Origin: Candidatus Omnitrophota bacterium
Lineage (GTDB): Bacteria; Omnitrophota; Gorgyraeia; Zapsychrales; Fredricksoniimonadaceae
Direction: 5' to 3'
NCBI GenBank assembly: GCA_903901225.1
Contig: CAIUQE010000020.1
Span: 5,092 to 69,091, forward strand
Length of the DNA: 64,000 bases
Position numbers and translations under genes: made by a program. Under the pieces are notes generated by a model. That model was not told the origin of the DNA. It worked only from the letters and a program-made list of their open reading frames with translations, and did no database searches. Shown here one piece after another: positions 29,518-39,328 of the stretch; positions within the stretch are counted from its first letter, which is position 1, and each line of letters opens with the position of its first letter.

Positions 29518-31350
29518 TTAATCCAAAATTTGCGATATTTGTTCTTTTTTGTATTTTTTACGCTCAGGCTGCTCGGCCTTGTCCAGGATGAACCTGTTCA
29601 GCACCAGATAATCCATGTCCGTGCACATAAAGCAGCGATAAGCATCCTCAAGCGTACAAACGATCGGCTCACCCCGGATATTGAACGACGTATTGATAAT
29701 AAGAGGACAGCCGGTCTTCTTAAAAAAAGCATTGATGATCCGGTAATAGAACGGATCACGCTCATTGTCAACGGTCTGCACGCGCGCGGAATGATCCACA
29801 TGCGTGATGGCGGGAACACTGGAGCGCCTGACCTTGAGCCGGGCAAGCCCCCTCAGCGTGCTGTCCCGGGATGCAGGATCGATCAGCGCCTCTTTGACCC
29901 GGCCAACCATGAGCATGTAAGGGCTGTCCTGGGGAAGGTCCACAACGTCCTGCGCATGCTCCCGCAGGATGCTGGGCGCGAAAGGCCGGAACGATTCGCG
30001 GAGCTTGATCCTCAGATTCATCTCTTCCTGCATTTTCATCGAGCGCGCGTCGCCAATGATACTGCGCGCCCCCAGCGCCCGCGGGCCGAACTCCATGCGC
30101 CCCTGAACAAGGCCGATGACCTTCTCGTCCGCCACGAGATCAGCCACCCTCTCAAAAATGCTCTCCCCGTCACATTTCTCATAAGGGACGCCTTTGGCCT
30201 GAAGGAACGTTTCCACCTCTTCATCCGCATAACCGGGGCCCAGGAGCGAACCTTTCTGAAGGTCATGCGTACCATCAACCCGCCGGGAATGACCAAGATA
30301 CTGGTGCCAGGCAAAAAGCGCGGCGCCCAGCGCGCCACCCGCGTCACCGGCAGCCGGCTGGATCCATATCTTGTCAAAGATCTTTTCCCGCGCGATCCTG
30401 CCATTGCCCACGCAATTAAGCGCGACCCCGCCCGCCAGGCACAGGTTCTTTTGCCCTGTCACCGCGCGCACATGACGGGCACTTGCCACCATGATCTCTT
30501 CAGTAACGACCTGGATGGACCTCGCCATATCCATATCAAATTGCGACAGGGCCGTCTCTGGCTGGCGCGGCGCGCGCCCGAAAAGGCGATGGAACCTTGC
30601 GTTGGTCATGGCAAGTCCGACGGGATAATTAAAATAGGCCATGTTGAGGCGGAAAGAGCCGTCGGGCTTGACGTCCACAAGCTCCCGGCGGATAATGTCC
30701 GCGTAACGCGGCTCTCCGTACGGCGCCAACCCCATGAGCTTGTATTCGCCGGAATTGACGCGGAATCCGCCGTAATACGTGAACGCGGAATACAGGAGTC
30801 CCAGCGAATGCGGGAAACGGAGCTCGTGCGTTAACGCCAGCGTGTTGCCTTCGCCCGTCCCAAAACTCGTTGTCGCCCACTCGCCAACGCCGTCCATGGT
30901 CATGATCGCCGCGCTTTCGAACGGCGAAGGAAAAAACGCCGAGGCCGCGTGCGCCTGGTGATGCTCTGAAAAAATAAGCTCCCCGCTGAACCCGTTGAGC
31001 TCAGCCAGGAGCAGGTCCTTGAGGAACATCTTCTCCTTGAGCCAGACGGGCATGGCCTTGAGAAAAGAAAAAAGGCCGGCGGGCGCGTAATTGAGATACG
31101 TCAGCAGAAGACGTTCGAATTTAAGGAATGGCTTTTCATAAAAGGCCGCGCACGCGACATCTTTGAGGGTGATCCCGGCTTCCTTGAGGCAATACCGCAA
31201 CGCCTCGACGGGAAACGCCGCGTCATGCTTCTTGCGTGAAAAACGTTCTTCCTGGGCGGCGGCAATGATAACGCCGTCACGCAGGACAGCCGCGGCGCTG
31301 TCATGATAAAAAGCGGAAATGCCAATGGTGTAAACAAAGGGTGTCATCAA
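29518..31350 (-). CDS. carbamoyltransferase (NodU/CmcH/HypF-like family)
   Basis: N-terminal ISAFYHDSAAA and ~600-aa length typical of O-carbamoyltransferases. Confidence 0.85.
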   Translation of the reverse strand: MMTPFVYTIGISAFYHDSAAAVLRDGVIIAAAQEERFSRKKHDAAFPVEALRYCLKEAGITLKDVACAAFYEKPFLKFERLLLTYLNYAPAGLFSFLKAMPVWLKEKMFLKDLLLAELNGFSGELIFSEHHQAHAASAFFPSPFESAAIMTMDGVGEWATTSFGTGEGNTLALTHELRFPHSLGLLYSAFTYYGGFRVNSGEYKLMGLAPYGEPRYADIIRRELVDVKPDGSFRLNMAYFNYPVGLAMTNARFHRLFGRAPRQPETALSQFDMDMARSIQVVTEEIMVASARHVRAVTGQKNLCLAGGVALNCVGNGRIAREKIFDKIWIQPAAGDAGGALGAALFAWHQYLGHSRRVDGTHDLQKGSLLGPGYADEEVETFLQAKGVPYEKCDGESIFERVADLVADEKVIGLVQGRMEFGPRALGARSIIGDARSMKMQEEMNLRIKLRESFRPFAPSILREHAQDVVDLPQDSPYMLMVGRVKEALIDPASRDSTLRGLARLKVRRSSVPAITHVDHSARVQTVDNERDPFYYRIINAFFKKTGCPLIINTSFNIRGEPIVCTLEDAYRCFMCTDMDYLVLNRFILDKAEQPERKKYKKEQISQILD

Positions 31351-31778
31351 GCAAAGGCGATGTTGATGATATCGTGACGGCCGATGACGCCGACAAGCTT
31401 GTCGCCGGCGTAAACGGGGATCGTGGGGACATTGTGCTTGAGCATCAGCCCGATCGCCTTGTCCGCGTGGTCCGTGTGCTCGATCCTCAGGAACTGGCGG
31501 TTGACGAATTTTCCCACCGGCTGGTCAGCCAGCGCGTCCAAAGCCGCCATCTTCTGCGGAAGGCCGGAGATCGCCAGGCCCATCAAATTCAGGAAATCCA
31601 CGGTGGTGAAGACCCCCAGCAGGGATTCCTCCTTGTCTTCGTCGACGACCAGGATGCCATTGATCCTGTAGCGCAGCAGCAGATGGGCGACGTTGCGCAT
31701 GGAAACGCCCGCTTTCACCTTGATAGGATGGTCGTTCATGATGTCGCTGACGACAACGTTCAACATGCGTCCCTTCAA
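31347..31778 (-). CDS. CBS-domain pair protein
   Basis: Two CBS-like units (ILVVDEDK..., IPVYAGDKLVGVIGRHDII). Confidence 0.65.
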   Translation of the reverse strand: MKGRMLNVVVSDIMNDHPIKVKAGVSMRNVAHLLLRYRINGILVVDEDKEESLLGVFTTVDFLNLMGLAISGLPQKMAALDALADQPVGKFVNRQFLRIEHTDHADKAIGLMLKHNVPTIPVYAGDKLVGVIGRHDIINIAFA

Positions 31779-32182
31779 AGGCCAAGGATACGCTCGACCT
31801 TGATCCTTAAAAATTCACTCCTGAAAGGCTTGGCCAAAAAATCATTGGCCCCCATTTTGGCCACTTTCTCAACGCCATCCATATCCAGCGCGCCGGAAAT
31901 AATGATGATCTTGGCATCCCTTCCCCAGGATTCCCGGCGGATCATCGCACAGACCTCATATCCGTCGAGACCCGGCATCCGTATATCCAGAAGGATAAGG
32001 TCGGGCTGGAATATCCGCGCCTTTTCCAGCGCCGCGGCGCCGTCATACACCGCGTCGCAAACAAGCTGCTTGACGGGAAGAAGTATCCGGATGATGGCGC
32101 TGACCATCTCCTGGTTATCATCAACAATGAGGACTTTCTTCCTTGCCGGGGCAGGATCCCGGGGATCATTGGCAGTAGCCAT
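31775..32182 (-). CDS. single-domain response regulator (CheY-like receiver)
   Basis: KKVLIVDD, DLILLDIRMPGLDG, and conserved Lys in DFLAKPF. Confidence 0.8.
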   Translation of the reverse strand: MATANDPRDPAPARKKVLIVDDNQEMVSAIIRILLPVKQLVCDAVYDGAAALEKARIFQPDLILLDIRMPGLDGYEVCAMIRRESWGRDAKIIIISGALDMDGVEKVAKMGANDFLAKPFRSEFLRIKVERILGL

Positions 32183-32191
32183 AACGCGCCT

Positions 32192-32545
32192 TCAGGTCTT
32201 GGGTTGACGCAACAGGCAATAATTATAAAGCTTGTTACAGCCCTCTTCCGCGACAAGGCCGTCGATCAGGAAACTCACGCCCGTGCAGTAATCCCCGTCC
32301 TCATTAGCCGGCCCGGCCCACATCACCTCGCCTGTCATGTTGATCGGACCTTCGAAGGGGACTTCCACGATAATACGCACGGACTGGCCTTCCTGGAATG
32401 ATGTCGGGCCAAAAATACAGCAACCGTGGTGATGCATGTCAACGATCAAGGTGGACTCGTAACGCGGCGGCCCGTCGATCACGCGGCAGCGCGCCCGCAT
32501 ATTGACGACGACCCTCTGCCATTGCCTTTGTTCGGGTTCTTTCAT
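32192..32545 (-). CDS. PilZ-domain protein (candidate c-di-GMP receptor)
   Basis: QRQWQR (RxxxR) followed by a D-x-x-x-x-G-like stretch (DMHHHGCC); ~115 aa. Confidence 0.5.
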   Translation of the reverse strand: MKEPEQRQWQRVVVNMRARCRVIDGPPRYESTLIVDMHHHGCCIFGPTSFQEGQSVRIIVEVPFEGPINMTGEVMWAGPANEDGDYCTGVSFLIDGLVAEEGCNKLYNYCLLRQPKT

Positions 32546-32925
32546 AAAGCCTCCGGAAAAAGAATAGACTTCACGATATTGACAAGCTCATCCCTGTCCC
32601 AGGGTTTTTCCATGAAATACAGCAGGCCGCCGTCGTTCACCGCGCGCGAGAACCCGCGCGCGTCCATCATCCCCGACAGCATGATGGCCTTCACAGACCC
32701 GAAGCGCGCCTGCGCCTGCGCGAGGAACTCGTCGCCAAGCATACCCGGCATCCGCTGGTCGACGATCATCAAATCGACCTTGCCGCCGCGCTGCGCGAGA
32801 ATCTCCAATCCCGCCGGGCCATCAAGGGCCTGAAGGACCTCGAAATTCTCCAGGCTCAAACAACGGTCCAGGCTGTGAAGGACGCCCGGTTCATCATCAA
32901 CGCACAAGATCACTGATTTGCCCAT
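32542..32925 (-). CDS. single-domain response regulator (CheY-like receiver)
   Basis: ILCVDDE, DLMIVDQRMPGMLG, KAIMLSG, EKPW. Confidence 0.8.
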   Translation of the reverse strand: MGKSVILCVDDEPGVLHSLDRCLSLENFEVLQALDGPAGLEILAQRGGKVDLMIVDQRMPGMLGDEFLAQAQARFGSVKAIMLSGMMDARGFSRAVNDGGLLYFMEKPWDRDELVNIVKSILFPEAL

Positions 32926-32934
32926 AAGGCTCCA

Positions 32935-33372
32935 TTATTGCGCAAATTCAAGACCACCATTGACCAGACGACGATAATAGCACCCGAACCGTGTCCGCCC
33001 CGCCTTGTCCTTCACGTGGCACGACCCGGCCCCTTTCATTGTCACCAGGTACAACAAAGAATTCTGCTCGCAATTGACCCTGACCTCGACGATCTCAAGC
33101 TCATCGCCGGACGTCTTGCCCTTGATCCACAGCTCGTGGCGGGACGTGCTCCAGAACGTCGCGAGGCCCGACTCAAGCGTGTGGCGCAGGGCTTTTTCAT
33201 TGGCATAGGCCAGGATCAGGACATCCTTCGTCGCCGCATCCTGCACGATGACCGGGACGACGGGATCAGGGCTCTGGGCGACCTTGCAAAGCTTCTCGAA
33301 ATCGATAAGAACGCCGGTGCCGTCTTCAAGGACCTGGTGCGTGACCTCACCTCTAAAATCTTTTCGGTTCAT
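32935..33372 (-). CDS. hisI: phosphoribosyl-AMP cyclohydrolase
   Basis: PVIVQD...ILAYANEKALRHTLESG..WSTSRHELWIKGKTSG matches the HisI core. Confidence 0.8.
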   Translation of the reverse strand: MNRKDFRGEVTHQVLEDGTGVLIDFEKLCKVAQSPDPVVPVIVQDAATKDVLILAYANEKALRHTLESGLATFWSTSRHELWIKGKTSGDELEIVEVRVNCEQNSLLYLVTMKGAGSCHVKDKAGRTRFGCYYRRLVNGGLEFAQ

Positions 33373-33381
33373 GGCTGCCTT

Positions 33382-34398
33382 TCAAGCGTAGATCTTCGCG
33401 AATTTGCGCGGTTTCCGGGTTTTCCACGACGCGTTATGGTACGCGTAGCTGACGATCAAAGGAACGACGGTCGTAGCCTCGGCGTAAACCATCTGCTCAT
33501 ACACCGTATCGACCTTGCCCCACGACGACGCTTCCTTGAGCGTGGAGCTGGAACAGGCACCGTCACGCACATCCGCGACCGTGACCTGGACCGCGTATTT
33601 GTGCATCGGGACCTCAACTCCCAGGACCTCGGCGCAAACGACCGTGTCCTGCGCGAAATTTTTCGGCACGCCCCCGCCGATCATGAAAAGGCCGGAGGTG
33701 GCGGACTTCATCTTGATCTGCGTCAGCTCGTAAAAATCCTTTACGGAATCAATGCTCAGGTGCGCGCGGGGATTCTTCACCTGGTGCAGCACCAGCCCGA
33801 ACCCGGCCGACGAATCCGTGAACGCGGGGCAAAAGATCGGCACATCATGCTCGTAAGCCACCTGGACCAGGGAATCCTTCTTTTTGGAATTCTTCAGCAG
33901 GTAACGGCCCATCTCGGCGATGAACTCCCGCGAAGAATACGGGCGCGGCTCTAAACTGTCAGCGATCTCGCCGATGGTGCGGTCGCAGGCCTGCAGTTGC
34001 GCTTCATCGATGAAGGTGTCGTAAATGCGGTCGATGTAGAGCGAACGCAGGACCTTGTCATCCACAAAGGGCGACCCCTTGTAATGCTTGAACCCGAGCG
34101 CCTCAAAGAAATCCATGTCGACGATCGAGGCTCCGGTGGCCACGATCGCGTCGATCATGCCCGAGCGGACCATCTCGACGTAGACCTGCATGCACCCGCC
34201 CGCGGACGTGCTCCCCGCCAGGGTAAGGATGTTGGCGGAGCTTTTCTCATTGATCATCTTGACCAGGATATCAGCCGCGCGCGCGGTATCGCGCGAGGTG
34301 AACGACATCTCCCGCATCGCGTCGATGATCTTCGTCGCGTCAAATGACCTGATGTCCACGTGCTTGACCGGGTTCTTGAGAAGGTCTTTTTTCTTCAT
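33382..34398 (-). CDS. deoxyhypusine synthase-like protein (DHS/homospermidine-synthase family)
   Basis: Overall similarity to the DHS fold (AGSTSAGG, IVATGASIVD, MIGGGVPKNF NAD-site-like segments); adjacent to a pyruvoyl arginine decarboxylase. Confidence 0.6.
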   Translation of the reverse strand: MKKKDLLKNPVKHVDIRSFDATKIIDAMREMSFTSRDTARAADILVKMINEKSSANILTLAGSTSAGGCMQVYVEMVRSGMIDAIVATGASIVDMDFFEALGFKHYKGSPFVDDKVLRSLYIDRIYDTFIDEAQLQACDRTIGEIADSLEPRPYSSREFIAEMGRYLLKNSKKKDSLVQVAYEHDVPIFCPAFTDSSAGFGLVLHQVKNPRAHLSIDSVKDFYELTQIKMKSATSGLFMIGGGVPKNFAQDTVVCAEVLGVEVPMHKYAVQVTVADVRDGACSSSTLKEASSWGKVDTVYEQMVYAEATTVVPLIVSYAYHNASWKTRKPRKFAKIYA

Positions 34399-34480
34399 CT
34401 TTTCTCTTTCTTGTGCCGGGTTAAAAAAAAGTCCGCGGTGAACTGCTCCGCGGACTCGAAGTTATGCGCAAGTCGCGTGA

Positions 34481-35110
34481 TTAGCGGATGCTCTGGACAG
34501 GATACACGTAATTCGTGAAACAGATCGCCACCAACGCGGTGCCGAATTTCTTTTTGGGAATAAAGCTCTCGGTTGTCAGGTGTTCGTCGCGCAACTCGTA
34601 TTCCTGGTCAAACCCGTTCTTGTAAAGGGTCTGGAGGCTCGCGCGCAGCTGTGTCCCCGCCTGCTCGGCGGTCAGGGACCCGTTATACTCGCAGACAAGC
34701 CCGCCGTAACGCTGCTTGCTCTTGCGGTTGTAAAGCCACCCGTAAATGATGCCCGCCGTGGCGCGCACCCCTTTTTCCATGCTGGCGCAGGCCATGATGG
34801 TCTCGACGACACAGCCATGGATAAGATCTTTGGGCTGGGCGACCAGGCGCGCGATGCCGGGAAGGATCGAGGAATAGGTCATGATGTTGTAACGTTCAAT
34901 GCCCGCGTCGCGCAAGGCCAGGTGGAACGACCCCGCGTGGACGGTGATGTCGCACTCACCGACGCCGCTCGTCACAAAATAATCTTTCGGGATACGCGTC
35001 CCGATGGTGAGCGACTGGAACTGCCTCTCGTTGACCAATCCTTCAGCGTCACGGATCACGTCATCAAGACCCGCCGGAGCGCTCACAACGATATTCGCGG
35101 CATGTTTCAT
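34481..35110 (-). CDS. pyruvoyl-dependent arginine decarboxylase
   Basis: ~200-aa protein with the MTYSS|ILP self-cleavage serine region typical of PvlArgDC. Confidence 0.7.
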   Translation of the reverse strand: MKHAANIVVSAPAGLDDVIRDAEGLVNERQFQSLTIGTRIPKDYFVTSGVGECDITVHAGSFHLALRDAGIERYNIMTYSSILPGIARLVAQPKDLIHGCVVETIMACASMEKGVRATAGIIYGWLYNRKSKQRYGGLVCEYNGSLTAEQAGTQLRASLQTLYKNGFDQEYELRDEHLTTESFIPKKKFGTALVAICFTNYVYPVQSIR

Positions 35111-35461
35111 TTCACCTGTATCCTTATTACCTGTTTGTTGACTGATCTTTCATCACCGGGAAATCAACGTAAATCTAGCACATATTAAAACAAAAAACAA
35201 CACGGAAGGCGCGCGCAAAACTTCCAACTGTTATTCTATACAAAATACTTTCAAATCATCAAAGAATCTTTGAAAAAAACTTTCGCGCGCCGGGATCCGG
35301 GAACGATGTTCTCCGTCGGAGAATCTACCTGCCGAAACAGGCCAGGCCCAGCAGCGCGCGTTGAATGAAGAATTTAACATCAATTGATATTTTTTGCAAA
35401 TAATATTTATTGATGAGCGATGATTTTCTTGCTGATAAAAAGCGTCCTTCTCCCCGCTTCT

Positions 35462-38398
35462 TTACCTGGCTGCCTCAAAGAACGATCGCGGATCATTTAA
35501 AGTTGTTACGCCAAGAACAACCGGCGTGAAACCATCGATCCGTTCTTCGAGCATCGCGGCATCAATGCCAATGTTAAAATTTATCTTCCCGCCAGTTTCC
35601 AGAAGGCGAAGCTTATCAGAATTAAGATCAATACCACCGTTCAAATTATTGGCATCAACGACTGTTTCACTATGCTGCGGCGTTGCGATCTTATTCTTTG
35701 CTCCTCTTCCCCAGACATGTTTTCCAGTTTTAAATTTTATTTCATCAAGATAACTCTCATCACTTGGTCCAGAAAATCTTATCCCGAACGCATTCGACAA
35801 TGCCTGGATCATATTGATTTTCTTTCTTTTCAGATGCGCGCCCGTGCTGCAGCTCTCGGCTATACCTTTGGCATCGGCCTTGACGAATTTGCTTAACATC
35901 CCCGAAGTCAACCGCCGATCCTCCGTTCGCAACGTTTCATCACCATAGTGCCCGAAGTCAATGGACCAGGGATTACCGTGCCCGCCAATGATCACAAACG
36001 ACGCCGGCTCCTTCCCATCCCCCGTTGCGTCAATAAAAGCATCGACCATTTCCTTGACAGAAGCCACTTCATAATACAGGACTGAATAGCCTTCTTTGAT
36101 CAATTGATCGATCGCCGATTCCCTCATAAATGCGGCATTCCGGTCTGATTTGGGATAAATAACAACAGCCCTTCCTTTCGGGGCTTGGGGGGTTGTCGTC
36201 ATTAATTTGTGCTGTAGTTTTCCGGCACTGGCCTGACGGTTATTAAAGCGATTGATCACGCGATTGATGAACAAATGCGATCTGATCTGCGCCGGCCAGG
36301 CTAACGGACGAAGAATATTTAACTCTTGCCAGTGGCCATACTGCAGCAACCTTTGCCATATATTGAAGCCATCTTTCTCCGATCTTTTTGCCAGCTCAAA
36401 CACCAACAATGAAAGTCTTTCTCTAAAATTATCCGTGCCGGATTTAACCCTGTCAGGTGGAGTCGTGCGCGGGAACATGCGCTCAAATTCATATTTAATC
36501 TCATCCATCCCAAAACGTGCATCTCGTATCAATTCTCCCCGATTGTAATACCTTGCGTATACATTCAGATTATTCATAAGATAATTTTTGGCCTCGTCAC
36601 TGCCCGCGTCAACCAAGGCATCCAATATGCGAATCGCCTTCTCCTGACTCAACCTATCTTTAGCAGCATGACTGACAATCCAACCCAAAGACCCAACTTC
36701 CCGAAAAGTTTTATTCCTGAGGGCATTCCTTCCTAATACCTCTATCACAGCATCTCGCGTCTTGCTTTCCAACCGATCCCATATTGAATTTCCATGATAA
36801 CTCAATAGAAAGCCAAGACCATACAACACGTTTTCATCGTTTTCCCTGGCATACTGGAACAACTCACGCGCGATCTCTACAGGAATGTGCCCACGGGAAT
36901 ACATACGTTCTAAATATGAATCAGCTACATCAACTCCCTTTGACACAAGACTGGCCAAAGCCCTAGTGATCAACACCCTGTGCTGACCATGAATGACTAT
37001 GCCCAGATGAAGAATCTCTGAGGCTATGCTCGTGTTGTTCTTACTAATTGCAGGATCTATAATCCCCTGAACATCAGGATCCTGGTACAGACTTAATAGC
37101 GCTGATACGATCTGCGGCGCAAGGCCAGGGCGACCTCTTCCCAAACTTATAAGCGCGTCCACAGTTTCGTAACTGTGGGCTCCTCGCATCAATGCCAGCA
37201 CTTCAGGAGCGTCAATCGAAGGAAATTTAAATCCCGAGGTCCGGCTTCCCGAAACAGGATCAAACTCAACCTCGGCGACTACATTTTTCCCGATATTCTT
37301 TTGCGCCGCATCAACCATCGCCCGGCCAGAAACCCGTTCTTCTTTGACCATCGCCGGGTCATGATGAAACCCGCCGGAGAAATATTTCCGGGGGATGATT
37401 TCCGAGGTTGTTTCATCCTTCTCTTCCTTGATGTAATTAAAAACACCTTTCCGAAACGCCTCCTCATACTGTTGCCAAATCTTGTCCTTGACCTTTTTAT
37501 CCGCCAGGTCAATCCCCGTCACCTTGTTCTTTGCCGCATATACCTGGCCGACCAGGCTCCGCTTCAAGTTGCGCTTGAACCACGTCGACAGGATCATGGC
37601 GTGATAGATCTGCCGCAACGTGCCAAAGTTTTCGCCGTTGTTGACCTCTTTCTCGATCTCAGGCAGAACGATCTCACGCATGACCTGCCGGGGAATGCCC
37701 CTGGCCTCAGCGAAGCCGTCCCGGGCTTTAGAATTATCGGAGTTCTTCCTCATGGACGTGTAATCAGTATCCAGCATGACCTTCAGGTGACTTTTCGCGA
37801 TAAATGCCGTATCGCCGTTCACATAGACAACCGCCTCATCCGGAACGATCCACACCTTGTTAAAAGTATCCAGCGGTATATCCGTCGTGCCGTATTTTTC
37901 AAAAACACGGGCGTAAATTTTCTTCCATACCTCACGGCCCAACGCCTTTTCGGGATACATCATCGATGAGGTCAATTGCTTGAGGATATAATCTTCGGCC
38001 AGAAGATCACGCCCCATTTCCGTAAGGCCAAAGTTGTCCGGGATGATCCTGTCGCCTTCATAAGGAGACAAATTCACCCAAAGCTCATCCTCCGGGACCG
38101 TCAAGGCAGCCAGAAAATACCTGATCAACCTGGTCGATTCCTGTTGCAACGGCACCCCCTGAAGGGCGGAATTTCCGGTATCAATAAGAAAATCAAAGCG
38201 TAATTGATCGGCAGGATAAACTTTCATGCCCTTAAGGACCGCTGGCACGAATGAAACGCTTGGGGTAACCATTGTGCCCGGTTGAGGCAGGATCCTCTCA
38301 CCTGCAACCATCTGGGCATATGACGGCGGGACGCTGGCGGTTATGAAGGCCACCAGCATGAATGACGCGATTACTCTTTTAGTGATTTCTTCCATCAT
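35462..38398 (-). CDS. large secreted protein (978 aa), unknown function; C-terminal region with a His-Gly...Cys arrangement reminiscent of clan-CD cysteine peptidases
   Basis: Signal peptide (FITASVPPSYAQ). Markedly lower GC than the surroundings. C-terminal ASFVIIGGHGNPW ... AESCSTG. No other motif recognised. Confidence 0.45.
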   Translation of the reverse strand: MMEEITKRVIASFMLVAFITASVPPSYAQMVAGERILPQPGTMVTPSVSFVPAVLKGMKVYPADQLRFDFLIDTGNSALQGVPLQQESTRLIRYFLAALTVPEDELWVNLSPYEGDRIIPDNFGLTEMGRDLLAEDYILKQLTSSMMYPEKALGREVWKKIYARVFEKYGTTDIPLDTFNKVWIVPDEAVVYVNGDTAFIAKSHLKVMLDTDYTSMRKNSDNSKARDGFAEARGIPRQVMREIVLPEIEKEVNNGENFGTLRQIYHAMILSTWFKRNLKRSLVGQVYAAKNKVTGIDLADKKVKDKIWQQYEEAFRKGVFNYIKEEKDETTSEIIPRKYFSGGFHHDPAMVKEERVSGRAMVDAAQKNIGKNVVAEVEFDPVSGSRTSGFKFPSIDAPEVLALMRGAHSYETVDALISLGRGRPGLAPQIVSALLSLYQDPDVQGIIDPAISKNNTSIASEILHLGIVIHGQHRVLITRALASLVSKGVDVADSYLERMYSRGHIPVEIARELFQYARENDENVLYGLGFLLSYHGNSIWDRLESKTRDAVIEVLGRNALRNKTFREVGSLGWIVSHAAKDRLSQEKAIRILDALVDAGSDEAKNYLMNNLNVYARYYNRGELIRDARFGMDEIKYEFERMFPRTTPPDRVKSGTDNFRERLSLLVFELAKRSEKDGFNIWQRLLQYGHWQELNILRPLAWPAQIRSHLFINRVINRFNNRQASAGKLQHKLMTTTPQAPKGRAVVIYPKSDRNAAFMRESAIDQLIKEGYSVLYYEVASVKEMVDAFIDATGDGKEPASFVIIGGHGNPWSIDFGHYGDETLRTEDRRLTSGMLSKFVKADAKGIAESCSTGAHLKRKKINMIQALSNAFGIRFSGPSDESYLDEIKFKTGKHVWGRGAKNKIATPQHSETVVDANNLNGGIDLNSDKLRLLETGGKINFNIGIDAAMLEERIDGFTPVVLGVTTLNDPRSFFEAAR

Positions 38399-38595
38399 CC
38401 CTTGCCCCTTAGAAAAACGATCACCACACCGTTAAATCAAGTATAGTCTATGAATATACGCTGGATGCGAAATTGGATGGTTTGACAAGAAAACGTTACT
38501 ACTACTTCTTGCAAGTAGTTGGGGAATAAAGACTTTGTAGTGTACTCAAATAGAAAACATTTGTAATTTCAACAGGCAAGGCTTGACAAAAAAAC

Positions 38596-39279
38596 CTAAA
38601 ATTTAAAGTTCACGCTGGTGGCCAAAGCCTGTCCCCCTCCAACCGCCCCTTCACAATTGAGCCACACTTTGGGCGTGAGCGGGATATCCACACCCAGGAC
38701 CGCGTCGAACCGGCGGCCCTCGCTCACAAACACGCGGTCCGCGTCATTGTTGATCCGGTGGATGTAGTCGGCCGAGCCGTAGCGCAGGCCCGTGTAAGGC
38801 GTGAATTTCTTCAGGTCATAGGACACCAACGCTGATCCCTGCCAGTCGTCCAGGATGGCATTATGCTTTTCGCCGTTGGCCTTGACCGTCGCGGGATGGA
38901 TACTGATGTGCTGGAAACCGCTGACGACCTTGACCGGGCCGCCCTCATAAAGCCTCACGCGAAATCCATAGCCACCGCCCCAGACAGGCGTGTTGTATTT
39001 GATCCGGGACCCGTCACCGGCCTCATGCTCGATGGTGCCGACGCTTGCCTTAAGGTCCAGGGAGAACCAGTCCGTCACGCCGTAGGTGAGCAGGAAATGC
39101 TCCTGGCGGCTTTTGAGATCGCCGTTGTCCTTGTTGAGGTCGCGGTCAAATATCTCATAATGCTGCAACCCGAAAAAGAATTCCTTCTGCCGCGGCATTT
39201 TCGTGCCGTACGCCGGCGCCGCCTGGGCGCATGTGCCCAACAAGAACAGAACAACTGCGATCATGATCACTTGCCGCAT
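38596..39279 (-). CDS. outer-membrane beta-barrel protein (OmpA-like small porin family)
   Basis: Signal peptide, alternating hydrophobic beta-strand pattern, C-terminal ...SVNFKF. Confidence 0.6.
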   Translation of the reverse strand: MRQVIMIAVVLFLLGTCAQAAPAYGTKMPRQKEFFFGLQHYEIFDRDLNKDNGDLKSRQEHFLLTYGVTDWFSLDLKASVGTIEHEAGDGSRIKYNTPVWGGGYGFRVRLYEGGPVKVVSGFQHISIHPATVKANGEKHNAILDDWQGSALVSYDLKKFTPYTGLRYGSADYIHRINNDADRVFVSEGRRFDAVLGVDIPLTPKVWLNCEGAVGGGQALATSVNFKF

Positions 39280-39328
39280 GCCAACCTCCTGTTATCGGAT
39301 GAGAAATACGCCAACTTACGCGTGAAAG

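Noticed and set aside
38481-38530. TTGACA-containing palindromic stretch (CTTGCAAG core) in the AT-rich intergenic region
   Set aside because: Short, single-copy, and in the wrong orientation to act as a promoter for either flanking minus-strand gene. Insufficient evidence for a regulatory site.
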